Shown here: piece after piece, positions 1 through 13,400 of the stretch
Layout: every line of letters starts with the position of its first letter
Numbering within the stretch: position 1 is the stretch's first letter
Made by a program: the position numbers and the translations under genes
Notes under the pieces: model-generated
Seen by the model: the letters and a program-made list of their open reading frames with translations, nothing else
What the model was told of the DNA's origin: nothing
Database searches by the model: none
Assembly: GCA_964035545.1 (NCBI GenBank)
Contig: OZ037768.1
Coordinates: forward strand, 10,510,741-10,574,740
Direction: 5' to 3'
Length of the DNA stretch: 64,000 bases
Source of the DNA: Bugula neritina
Taxonomy: Eukaryota > Animalia > Bryozoa

Positions 1-1401
1 GGCTAAAGTACATTGATACAAAACATTATAGCAACACGAATTGCACTTCAATATACTTTGCTATAATATTGTAGCTACCAGCACCTGCACATCAAAGAAC
101 ATGAAAGATTATAAAATTAACATAAAAGAAAATTAAATCACCTATATTGTCCATGTAGATAGTAGCCACTGACCTAGTAGTCTATTGCAGCAAAATAATT
201 TTTTATGCTTTCATTAATTTCACCCGGAAGAGTTATTCATTCAATTTGAAATGTTGGCTACTAGTCGACTATGTGGGTTGTAAACTTGACTGCAATGCCA
301 TTTACTTGACCTCTAAGTAACTCTTTGTTTCCATATGGAAGTCAGAGTCGACATTATTAATTTGACACTATCTTCTGACTTTGTACAAGAGTTGATGGCT
401 ACGCAGCCAACTCCATTATAATATTATGTATTCAGAGAGACCAGCTATATTTATCTCAGCTTGGCAAGGATCACCACAAGAAAGCGCTGGGTGCTGCTGC
501 AGGCAAGCAACACACAAAGACCGTAGTCCGACAATGCTATAACTAGACTGAGATGATGTAGACACTAGCCGAGGTCGTTCACCCAGCTGTCCATCTAATA
601 ATTTAATGATGGGTCAAAGACCACTGGAAGTTATTATCTGCTGATATTAGCACAAGATGTGGCACGAATCCACAACCCAATGGACCACTACTAGCCACTG
701 ACACAACAAAGGCTGTCCCTCCAATCTCGATAATGGAGGAAACAGTTTTGAAGGCAAGAGCTAACTTCTATGGATAGAATACGCAGATGTTTAAGTCACA
801 CAGTGCAGCAGAAAGTTGGATTTCAATTTGTCACCTAACCAGTACACAGAAAGAAGATTAGAGAAACTGACCCACTCAATATTTACATATATTTGTTGGT
901 TTGTTTTGAATGTGGGTGCAAAGTGGGTCCTTTCATCAATATTGAATCCAAAACTACAAAAAAATGATGCAATTTTGCTTTCAAAGTTTATTATGAAATA
1001 ATAAAGATAAAACGCAAAATAGGTAGAGAAATCCTATACATTGCTTATTTACATGAAAATTAACAGCATTAGTGAATAACAAAACTACTCCAGCAATACT
1101 AACTACAAACAGTAAACCATCATCACATTATTAACATTTTAGATCGCAAACTAAATATAATAAATAATCGATGAGGGTTTGTAAATAGAGCCATAGCAAG
1201 AAAAAACTGAGCAGTTGGTGACCAACGTAACGACTGCCTAGATAAGTCTTGTGAAAAATTGTATAATAATATAATATAGACTGCCATAAAACGATGTTGA
1301 ATGACTGAAACCCAGTCATTCAACATTGTAACCTTGTTGCCGATATATTACTGACGAGAACGATATTACACAAAACAACTCTAAGATGCAGCAATGGGTA
1401 G

Positions 1402-4400
1402 TCATTGGGAGCCTCGAGCCTGTGACCGATTCTGATTGCATGATTTTGCAACCGTCTCAAACAGCCTGGCAATTTCCGGTGAACAGTGCACAAAGTCATG
1501 GCCCCAAAACTTGTAAACCTGATTTCTAATAAGCTCAATAAAGGTGACAAGAAGACCCCATGGGTGCGGTCGGTTTACTATCAATCTTTCCAGCAGTACT
1601 CTACAAAACAGATACAATACTAGTTTATGCTAAATAATTATATTAATGTTTAGAGTGGCTGGGATTTAGTAGTAGTAGACAGGTAGCCAGTAGCTCTCTC
1701 CTAGCAACCATAATTTATAACCATGCTACATTTAAAATTTAGATGGTAGATAAATGACCCTCAGCTAGGGAATGGCCTGTTCACCCTGCAGTTTACATGA
1801 CACAGCAGACTATAGCAAAGGACTGACTGACTGGCCTACCTAGAGAGATCAGTCAAACTATTTTATAATCCTCAAAGGTCGACCTTTAGTGTTCACATTC
1901 CAACAGGATGTGGATGTAGAAGTGCAGTTTGTATTCTTACTGAAGAGATGACCTTCAGTTCATGAACTTTCTGTTTAATCAAGGGGATCTGCACCTCCGT
2001 TACACTAACGCGCATTGGTACCAACAGATTTTAGACATGGGTTGGAATTTGAAATATCAGTAGTCAGTTTCACTTGGTACACAATGACTGGTTAATAATG
2101 AAACAGGACCACTGGATCTCCCCCTGCCTAGGAGGCAGTAACTACTTAGCAATTCTATTATCACTTGAATATTAATCAGCCAATTCATTCAGTAATATAT
2201 AACTGGTTTGCCAGATGCTATAATAGTGCAACAGTCATATAAAACAAATTAAAAACTAAAGCAACCATTAATCATCAACTTCTACCCCTACAGTGCATTA
2301 ACTGGTGTGCTGGGAGCAATAAATCAAGATTGCAGCGGATCTTACAACCACCAGCCTTCCACGTAGTGATCTCAGGCTGACTGCAGCCAGTTCTGTAGAA
2401 ACTGGTGGGTATGGAGACATGTGAAGCTGGTGAATGACTTGACGAGTGACTGCATACTGATGGACTAACCTTGTGATTTGCTCCTGGAGGGCCACGCTGT
2501 GAGCATCAGCAAACAGTGACAGAAGAGCACAGCTGAAGTAATGAGTGTGGCTGTTGGGAAACCGCAGTTGATTGGCGATAGCGTTGAGGAAGAGGTACCG
2601 CCCTGACAACACAAGAATATGATGTGAATAGAGCATAGAATACACTAATGCAGTGTAAACAGCAATTGTCAGCCATATAGAAGCAGTCGTGGAGAAATTG
2701 AGATAGCCTAAGTTTGTTAATTTTATTATCAAATTTTGGTCTGGGTTGAAATTCTTGAGAAAACATAACTTCTTTTGCTATATTTTTAATATGGAAACAG
2801 GCTTTTCTCAGTTTCTCCATTACTGCACCTACCTCCTATATTGAAGGTAGCAGTTGATAAGAGACTTGTCTGTACCAGCATGTTGAACTAAATTTTGAAG
2901 TAACACTGACGAATATGAAATAATGTCAGCTTCTATTATTGTTAGTTCATATTCATTGCGTTGCTTCAAATTTAGTCTTACATTGCAATGAGCTGCACAA
3001 TTGCCAACAGTACAAACTTGGCAATAAAATATGGCGGCCACAGCTGGTGACATGATATTTTGCAGTAGGAGTTGTAGTTTAATGCTGGTACAAACAAGTC
3101 TCCATCAACTACTACCTACGATACAGCAGCTGATGTAGCTTTCTGCAATCACATGACATTACATAATAAGTTTGGGTTCAGCATAGGCTGAACACTTCTG
3201 TTAGACAACACAAATGAGTATAATTGAAGCACGTTGAGAAATTGCCATACTTTCAGCAAGTTCTAGAATCTAGATAGAAGCCTGTTCTATTGGTTCCACA
3301 GAAACAAGATAAAAAACATTTGTTGAAAAATGCATTATGCATTAACAGTTGCCAGTAAATTTGATTGCAACCATCTGCAGTCACCTGTATTGAAAATGTT
3401 AGGTTTTTTATTCAGAATGATCAAAGGTTGGACTCTGTTGGAATGACAATAAATAGCCTATATTTCTTTAAGAAATGTTTTAATGTCAATTTTTATAGTC
3501 AGAGCGGTCCCCACAATAACTGCATTGTTTACTACTCACTGCATTGCTTTGCCATAGGAGTATTTTCAGATCACAAAAAATCATAATGTGCTAATCAACA
3601 GTATGATCTGTTTAAGATTAACTCTATTTTAGTAGTGAAAGGTAGCAGGTTAAAGACATTACAATTTAGCTACTAAATATATTTTTCAGCTAATTGTGGA
3701 TGTTGTGTAAAGTATTATCAGTTTACAAAAACAACAGATTGATGTCACTATAGTTGTGGTTGGTAGCTCATTACCATAGGTTAGCTGGCGCTACAGAGCA
3801 CTGACCTTACCAAGGCCAAACATACCGTCATAAATGTTTGTCCTTTGACCATAAATTTGGGAGGCAAATAAACAGAGCACTGATGAGACTTCGAACCCTA
3901 AGCGGTTGCAAAACAATTTATCTCCCCTGACGCATATCAATTTTCTAGGAATCAGCTAAGCTAAGCTAAGCGAGGTAAATGAGATTATGTAGGCAGTCTG
4001 CCTTTCTGTTTTACAGTATAGCCGTGACGGTAGCAAACCCATAAACTATTCATAGTTGCTTTTAAACTCTAAATTGACCTATGCGCATTGCGGAGGTAGA
4101 CGCAAAATTGCAGCGGTTTTCTTTTTGTAAGTAGCTGCAGTTGTAACATAATTTTATAGTAGTCCAACTGTGATGTGAAACAAAAACAATAAAAATCCAG
4201 AAAAGTACTTAAAAGTATGCTGGTAACATATCATGGACAGCCATGTCACATACAACAGGGTGCAGTTGAAAGCACCGTACCTTCAGTGTCAAGATCAAGA
4301 GAGAGGTTTTGGAAGATTTCCATGTGACTAGTTTGGGTGATGGTACTAGTGTTGGGACTCATTCCTTTCAGTTGCAAGTTCTGTATGGCTTGCGTACCAA

Positions 4401-7400
4401 CGTGCAGCACTAGTGCATTCATCAGTGGTATGTTATATCTATTCCCAGGATCATTTGTTATCTAAAATGATATTTATTATTATATTAAGATATAACAGTA
4501 AGCTAGTGAAAATATCAGAAGACGGAAGTGATCTAAAATTTTTTACTTGGTTAATATTTGTATGCACAGAGCACACCCAATCACAGTGTAGATGTAACAG
4601 GTCAATGCCCACTCCTAGCATGTAATATAGGCTACAAGCATGCAATGATGAATCACAGGTAAAGGGCTCTAATACTCTAATAAGGTAAAAATCCAATGAG
4701 TGTCAAACACACCATTACATTATCATCAGTCCGCACTCATTTATTATTATTCAGTTTCAGCTTCCAGCACTTGTTTTTGCTTCTATGGTGGCTGCCAAAA
4801 ATTGTCAAAAGTTTGATTGAAGTATGGAGTAACTAGTAACATTCTGACTTGCTAAATGCTTAAACCTGACAATTTATGGTCTAGTGTTGGTGAAACTTAG
4901 TGCTTAGATGTCAAAAACTCAACAGAACTGGACTTTCATAGTAAAAACTAATCCTAGAGATCAACTAATTGAGGGACACAAACCAATTGTAAATATCTTA
5001 GTTATGCTTCACATGACTTTCAACTACAGCTTCTCTCTTAAAAACTATTACAAATTAGCTACAGGTTAAAAGAAGGGCAAACTTTACATTTAGTAAATTT
5101 CAACAGTCTTAGGCCATTCACTAGAAATATGTGTAGCGAATGAAGACTTTATTGGGTTCAGTTATTCTAACTCAATTCCCGAGAATGGGGGATTGCGAGT
5201 GATTTTGGCAAATACTGGCAATGTGTGCGCGCGGGGGGGGGGGGGGGGGGGGTGGTGGAATGCATGAGGATTTCCACGGCAGAGATGACAACTCTTAAAA
5301 CTTCACAAAATGCCTGAAGTTCAGATGTTAAATTAACAAAATAAACCATCAATTATAATGTCCAGCTTACAAAAAAGAAGGTCAATGAAAGAAAAGAGTA
5401 AATGTTATTGAATTCAGAACTACTTTTAGAACAACAATCACTTTATAAAACACATATAAAACTGTTAATTTTCTGCACTGAACTATCTGTTTGCCATTAA
5501 AGCCATTTTAGTCCTAAAATTTATGCTTAGACTTGAATCAACTAAAAACAGTCACAATATTGTAGAGAAAAGTAAGCAAACTGTAATATAACAAGTGTAG
5601 TCAATTATCAACTTTTCCAAGTACTAGAAATCCTAACTATCAAGGCAGATATGAGGTCCATTAGTTTGTGAAGGTTAAAATTATTGTGTTAACTAGCAGT
5701 GGGTCATTACCAGAGTGGTAAGGATCCACTGCTAGTGACGTAGAGTGCCGATTATACCAACTACATAGAATGAGCTATCAGTTAGTCTAGTAATATTGAT
5801 AAGAATTGGCCACAAGCTGGAAGAAGGTATTTTGCCAACTTCCCAGTCAATAAAAAACTCTATTATTCTTGTCAAAGGGTTAGATGCACATTGTTCACCT
5901 TGGCACGACCTTGCTAGGCCACAGTCAATAAACACTTTCTCTCTGGGGGTATTGCTCAGTACCCAGTCTATGGTCTGTATCAAAATATGGGAGTCAATTG
6001 AGAGGCCCAAGTAACACCAAATAAATTAACTCAGTGAATAACTACCTGCAACTTGGATCTCAGCTCAGAGAGGAAGGTGGAGGGAGATCTGCTCTTCAGG
6101 TACGACTCCAAGTCCTTCCGGAAAGACTCCGGCTGAATCATTGCCGCGACATTTGTCATGATCTTAGGAGCATGTGCTATCTCCGTCAGCATGTCCACCT
6201 GTTCAATAATAACGGCTCCACACTATGACATCATGTCACAAGCAATGCAGAGTTCAGCCTTCTCACATCATCGAAAACAACGTGTCCTTTTTTACCACTA
6301 TTCTTAAAAATATCTTTGAATTTTGGTTGGTTTTTGACATCAGCCGCAGCTTTTTATCCAAGAATTTGGAAATGGGTAGGAAAGTTATGCCAAAAGAGAT
6401 TTTGACACTTGGATGCCAGCACCAAAAATTAGTGGATTGTAAAAAATACAAAACTGCATCGCAGCTGCATAAGCCTTTTCTGTAAGCATTAACAAAACAC
6501 AAAAGACGGATCTTAAAATTTGGAGTAATGGCCGCTTGATATGCAAATAGCAGCCCCAAATCAACTTCACCTTTATGCTTTAGTAGAGAAAATGTTTAGC
6601 CTTGCTTTGACATTGACACAAATCCTCTGCTATAACCATATAGCTTTTAGATTGAATTTGCACTAAGGGCATATTCGCAACAAAGAATACAAATTAACTG
6701 CATATATGAATGATATATGAGGATGCAAAGCACTAAAATGATGAATATATTTCAACAACTGTAACACAATCAATTAACAGTTCCATGAGTTTATTCCTGT
6801 GCAACAGTCAAGGCAAAACCAATTAAAGGCTCTTTAATGCAAGTAGCCAACACAAATTTGGTGAACAGTAAAAGGGGAATCCCCTGTAACCTAGAGGGCA
6901 TAAAAAACGAAATAGCTTAGAATGCCAAATGACCTGTTCATATTCAGTAAAGAGTTATTAATGCCTTTAGTAAAAGTTGAATAACAATTTTCATGCATCG
7001 GCAAGGAAAAATAATCCCACTGTTTAAAAAGACCAGCAAAACAATTCAGTTTTGTTGGAACATAAATTATGCCCATTGCAAGTTTCTGCTAACAAATGCA
7101 TTAAACCTAAACTTCATTTTTTACTTTCTTATGCTGGAATCTTCAACTAAGAATAGTAAAACTACACATCGTATATAATCAATTAATGAATGGCTGTACC
7201 TTTAAATTGGGTGTAAATGGGTCAGGGAGACGCATGTTGCGAGGAAAAGCACTCAGTATCAGGTTCCTCATCTGAATACAATTAGGAGGAATGACATCAC
7301 AGAATGCATAGTGATAATCACAAAGGAACTCTGGGAAATCATGCAGCAGAACGAGGAGGACGCGCAGAGTGCCCTACAATACAAGAATTGTGATCATTAT

Positions 7401-10400
7401 ATCATCAAACAACAAGCCTTACGGTCAGTGAAAAGGCACCATGCATAATTCTCGCCCTGGGAGATAAGAATAAATTAAATTGAAGATTTATCCAAGCATG
7501 AGATGAACTGCAGAGTAGCAAGTACACAACTACTTTATTTCTACTCTAATTAGCAGCTCAACTTAGCATGCATCATCCGAGTATCCAATATTCACTGCTA
7601 CGTAAAATTTACACTGAAATATTGATTTTAGGCTGTGAACATTGTTGAGTGGCAGAGACTCTCAACGTTACGCAATGCAACATCGACTGGCTCGGAGTGA
7701 AGAAAATATGAACTTTAATGGCAGAAGGATGTTTGGAAATGAGTAAAATGAACGTACCTTGTATAGCACCTGCATTGCACGGTTGAGGTCAGCATTTCTC
7801 AGGAATGGAGCAAGAAATTTAAACAAATCAATGAGAATCTGAGCATACATATTCCAGCCCTAAAACAATAACACAATATTATACTGGAGGAGGCAAAGGA
7901 AAGGCCAATAACCTAGTAATTTGAGGCAAGTGACATTTGCTATAAACTGATAATAATGGTAAAACTGATGATCAACACTTACAGGAGGGTGTAACTTAAA
8001 AATATAGTAATTCACTTATAATCCCATATAACTTAAAACTTGTACAATTCCTGGAATAATATACTGGCCAAACCAAAACCTCAATGGATTTGTTTACACC
8101 ATCTATTCATACCTTCCCTAAAACTCTCAACGATATGGTCACTTGCACAAGATCAACAGTGAATCAAAAGGTGAATGACATCATAAATCAAAACTATCTT
8201 TTAAATCTCCAACTATAATGATTGTTTACGGCATTGCAATAGTATGATGAATCGTAGTTGGTAGTCCATATTAAACAAAATTTAAGTTAGTAGTCCATAT
8301 TCAAAAAAAAATTCAACGACATTTAATATAAGCAGACCCTTTGCTGAGCTGTCAACTGTAGCATTCTACCAATGAAAGCTCGGTGTGAGATCAATTCCAG
8401 CCAGGCAAAGGCAAAGCCAGGATAACGGGCAGGGCGAAGAATTCTGTACGTGTTGACAAACGCTGTTAATACCTGCGCAACCGAAACAGTTGATGACACA
8501 GCGTAATCAATAAAAATATTTTCACAGAATACGCAATATGTGGGCTTCCAAATCTTCATACAAATAGTGACATTTGGACAGACTCAAAGATAAGAATAGA
8601 AAATATATTTAATGAATTAGGTCCTGCAGTTTAAATTTAGCTTAATCAGTTAATTGATAGCAACTTCTCAGCCAGCAGTGTTTTGCTGCGTGACTTCCAC
8701 ACCACCTGTACATGCTAGAACTCACCACCAGCTGGTAAGTGTATAACACTCTCCACTGAATGTTGTGGGCTGTGCAACAGCCATCACAGGTTTTTGACCA
8801 TGCCAACAAAATTAATCAACATTGGAAAATGCTCTATGTTTTCACTATATACTTTGAGTTAAAGTTGGCAAACGTCTAGTTGGAAACAGATAAAAAAGAC
8901 CCTGCTAACACATATCACCAAGTGCGTCAGTAACTGCCTTTTACCAACTCTTTCCATCTTCGAAAAGTTTCATCATAAAATACTAGAGCTTAAACTAATT
9001 CTATAAATAGTCATTTAGATATATGCTACCAATTGTTAACCCCAACACCCAAGCAATACATGTTCAGTACCATTTGAAGATTAGTTAATTCTATATTATG
9101 CAGCTGGTTTCACATTGAAATGCAAAACTAGCACAAGTTATACAAATTAAAAATGTTTTTTTAGGTTTATAAAATCAAAAATAAATTTCACAAACCTGGA
9201 AATTCATGGCTTCGAGAATATGTTCAGGAGCATTGAGTTCAATGAAAAGCATGATGAAGATTCGGTGGAAAGGAAGTTGTTGAAACTCTTTACCCTTCGA
9301 ATCATGATCCGACATCAACACTCCAGCCACAATCCCCAAAACCTGAAAGAGTGCAGCGACAATGGCGGGTGCAAAGTACATAAAGTGATAACCACACTCT
9401 TACTGCTAAGTCACTTTGACTGACAAGTAACCATGCTGTGCCAGTTACGCTGATTCCAATAACCCTGTAAAGGATAGATTTTGAGCTTGTCTTTTGCCAA
9501 CATTAGACGGATATAGAGGTTATACAAAAGGCTTGCAGCAAAAAAGACAATAAATGGAACGTTCCCAAAAGCAGTGAGATTTCAACCCCAGTTTGCAGCG
9601 TAGCCACCAAATCTTGAACATTTGTTTTGCACCCACACAAGCAGTGGCGCTTCCAGAACACGTAACAGCTGCGAGTTCCATCAACACCCACTTGAGAATG
9701 TGCAGCGAACTGGCGTCATAAAATACAGATACTGCTTAGCCGCTGGTCTACTAACAGCCGACCCTGTACAATACTATGCAAGGTTCATCTAGTGAATATG
9801 TCATCACCAGAATTCTAGACACTAAACGCTGGTTTATTTCACACATTAGTTAAAAGCATAACAAGAATTCTACACTAAACGTTGGTTTATTTCACAAGTC
9901 AGTCAAAAATTACATTGAAAACACACAAACCTTGTTCAGTAGATTTATCTTTGTGGCTGGATTGTTTGCTTCACCAGAGAGTTTAACCAGCAGGACAATG
10001 AGTCTCACGTAGGCATCCAGAGTCTTGAAACACTGAGCTCTAACCAAGGCAGCGTTGGTAGAGAAGTTCTTGAGTGTGCTGTACGTGACGTCTACACATA
10101 GCTGAGTACACAACCTGAAGAACCTGGTGATGAGCTCATCCGACTTGAGAATACCCTGCTGAGACATCTGCAACCCACGAGAAGAAACATTGAGTAGCAG
10201 CTCAACGCGCACACCTCAGCCTACACCATAATTGATGATGTCATAAGGTGGCAGAAATGTGAGAAGACAACTTTCACTTTTCGCGAGTTCAAAATTTTAC
10301 CAGTTGGGCGGCAAAAACCTTTGCATAACATGAATATGTAATTGCATTTTGTAAGATTTCATTGACAACTCCCAACCTGTTTGATTCAAATACAAATACA

Positions 10401-13400
10401 TCTAACAAGTGCGGAGCTAGAAGACACAGTGACTTACCTGATTGACAAACTGAGTAAATGCTTGTCTGTTGTAGTCCCTGGCAATACCGGGGTTGTGGTA
10501 CAGCTGCACCCACTCTCTGAGCAAGTACTCAGTCTTCTCGTGCAAACCTGGTGGGTCGTTTGTATCCTTAGCCTGGTTTATACCAGACTGCATCATAGAG
10601 GTAGGCCCGGATGGCGAGCCCGGCACCAAACCTCCGTCATTCTGTTGCCTCAAGTAATCCACCATCTCGGCTAAACTGAAATGGTAAAACCATGCAATTT
10701 ACAAGTAAGAAAAACAGGCTACTCTTTAGCTTATCTCAAAAACAGTCAGACATACTGGATGCCACTATGCATGGCGCATATGGCAGCTGCTTTGTACAAG
10801 ACTAGATTCTTATCTCTCTAGTCTGAGAAGCTTCCGTACACCGTATTATATATCACAGCATATGAGCGTTGATGCAGCAGTACATGGTTAAAAACAGAGA
10901 TGGAGTTGTCAACACCAAGCAATCAAAGGGCATGGGTGCGAAGTGCTAACTGATGATTCTTATATGAAGTTCAACGAACCCATCAGGCAGGAGTCTGTAT
11001 TGTGCTGAAGGAATCTTGATGAGGGAGACTACCGTATTAGAGAAATCACTTTCGGTTATCAGCTCAGACCCCTTCTCTTTTACAATCAGTCTCTGAATAA
11101 GCCGCATTGCCAACTTGACACCATTATAGTTGGTACCATTCTCCATGAAGGCTGCCAGACTATTATCATACTGAGTGAGATGAACTAGGCCGGCTTTGAT
11201 GAGGCATTCCACTGCTTCATCATTGTACCGAATGTCATCTTTGCTTTCAACCATAGACCTACCAAGAAAAATAAAACAACCTTATCAATAACTTCACAAA
11301 AGATAAAAAGTTGGTTCGCTTTAATTTTCACACAGCAATTACCATTTCAAGGGAAAAAACTTGCCTGGTGACGTGATCCTTTGTCCAATTAGATCCAAAC
11401 GCCCGAGGTCCATACAATCCCCTGAGGACAACCAAGTGACAGTCCCTCACTCTGGACGCCAGGCTAATCTCAGTTATGGCATTGCTGTTGTAACACTCGA
11501 GAAAGCTTTCCACGGTCTAAACAGAAAGCAACTCTATGTTAATGCCAACAATTTTTTACAATAGTACATTACCACAGCTTGACTCAGAGTAAAAAAGGTG
11601 AAGTCAGTCTAGCAAGATGGAGTCACCTTCTGTATAAGAGTAATGGCTGTCATGACTATATCTCTACTCTGAGCAGCTTTCTTCAGCATACTGGCCAGCA
11701 TCTGCAGAGCACTCAACTGTGCAGAGTTGGTGGAAGCGGCTTGACTAGAGGAGAGAACTTGCAGTTGACCCTCTATGTCGTTGCCTACCTTTTCATACAT
11801 GGCACCAATCTCATCGGCCAAGAAGTTCTACAGCAGCACAGTAAAAATACATTATTATCATTTGGTAAAATTTAACTTTGAACTAAAATATAAATTACTA
11901 TATTTTATGCATCCTATTTTATGCATTCAGTATCCCGACTACTGAATCTTTTGAGACTGATTATATAGCCAGACAAACCGTGTGCTGCTTGCTGTTGATC
12001 ATATTCTGCTGACCCAGAAGGTCACTACTCATGTTGCTGGAGCCGCCGGCTATAGCAAAGCCAGGTATGTTGCGAGCAAACTCGTGATACACACTCATCT
12101 GCTGGGAAGGAGCTGCATTGCCAGGCTTCAGCCGTATTGGCTCGGGAATGACCTCCATCTGATACTTCTGAGCCACAGGGTCACAGTATCTGCGACCTTC
12201 TTGTCTGGCAGTCAGTCTCAACTCAAATTCCTAAGAATATAAAATGATGCTTACTCAAAAATAAATTAAAAACTCATCATTTATTTCACTTTAAAGGTTA
12301 TTAAAAAGAAATGAACAATTGAGATGGCATCCAACTAACTGGCAAGCATATTAAACAAGTTGAAAAATAACACAGAATCATATGCATCCTGCTTACTCCT
12401 GCAAGGCGCTTGTCTATTTCAGGAATTGCCTTTTCCACAGCAGTTTTCTGGATAAACACACAAGCCAATTCGGTATTGTCTTGGGCAATAACTTGGGCGG
12501 CTTTCTCAATCATCTCTTTGTGTTGCAGAGTTAGTGCACTTCGGTTAAAGCTACCAATAAATGCCTGGAAAAAACAAAAAGAAATTTAGTATGCTAGATT
12601 TCAACTGCTGGTTAAATACAAAAATTTTACATGAAATGAACACCAGGGGATCAAAATAGTGAACTTTTTTCTAATAATGGATTCATCTACAAATGGACAT
12701 ACTGCAGAATATAATGACCAGATATAAATATTTGAAAGTCATTTAATATTCAACACAATAGTATACTAAAAAGCATGAGACTTATTGGGACAAAGAGAAA
12801 CAATATTGTTGATGCAACATCATCAACAAAAAAACCCACAAAAAGCTATCATTATTTTCAAATAATGTATTCACAAGGCACTCGTGCCCTTCTAAATCAT
12901 ACAATTAATTTCTCTTATGCCAGTGAATTTTGCAAATCCCAATTTCTAATGACCCATAAAAATATTAGATGACCTAAAGAGCTTCCATATGCAAGCGTCG
13001 TCAGTTCTTGAGCAAAAAATGTCAATCAGCATGAGTTAAGGACTTAGCATTTACATGCTTGAGGAGTTCCGCTATACCATGCAGCAGAATGGAGAACAGA
13101 CCTGCTTTAGACCAGTTTGAATGGAGATTAACAGCGGGTCACGGCAAGTAATCAGGGCCATCCCGGCAGTCAGACTCCTGATAATGCTGTGAGCTGCTCC
13201 CATCATCCTCTGTTCTTCAGGATCCAATGCAAAATCCTACAACAAAATCAGCACCAAATGAACAAGTTTGCTTTCTGGTAACAGAGCATTAGTCTGAAAT
13301 ATCCCATACATCACACGAATGTAATAGAATACATCTACAAATTTTAGCTAAAGATATTACTGCCCAAAATAGGAATAAATTCAATAGAATTATGCAGTTT

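Noticed and set aside
3874-3900. CTGATGA hammerhead or C-box motif
   Set aside because: No GAAA core or stems, and it is antisense to the host gene.
6240-6580. Kolobok-like transposon end (CAACTTCACCTTTA); similar single end near 58200-58220
   Set aside because: No partner terminus or TSD found, so not supportable as an element.
8560-10950. Intronic snoRNAs in CNOT1 (vertebrate CNOT1 hosts H/ACA snoRNAs)
   Set aside because: GC-richer intron patches exist but I found no convincing C/D pair or H/ACA two-hairpin layout; an Infernal/snoReport scan would be needed.
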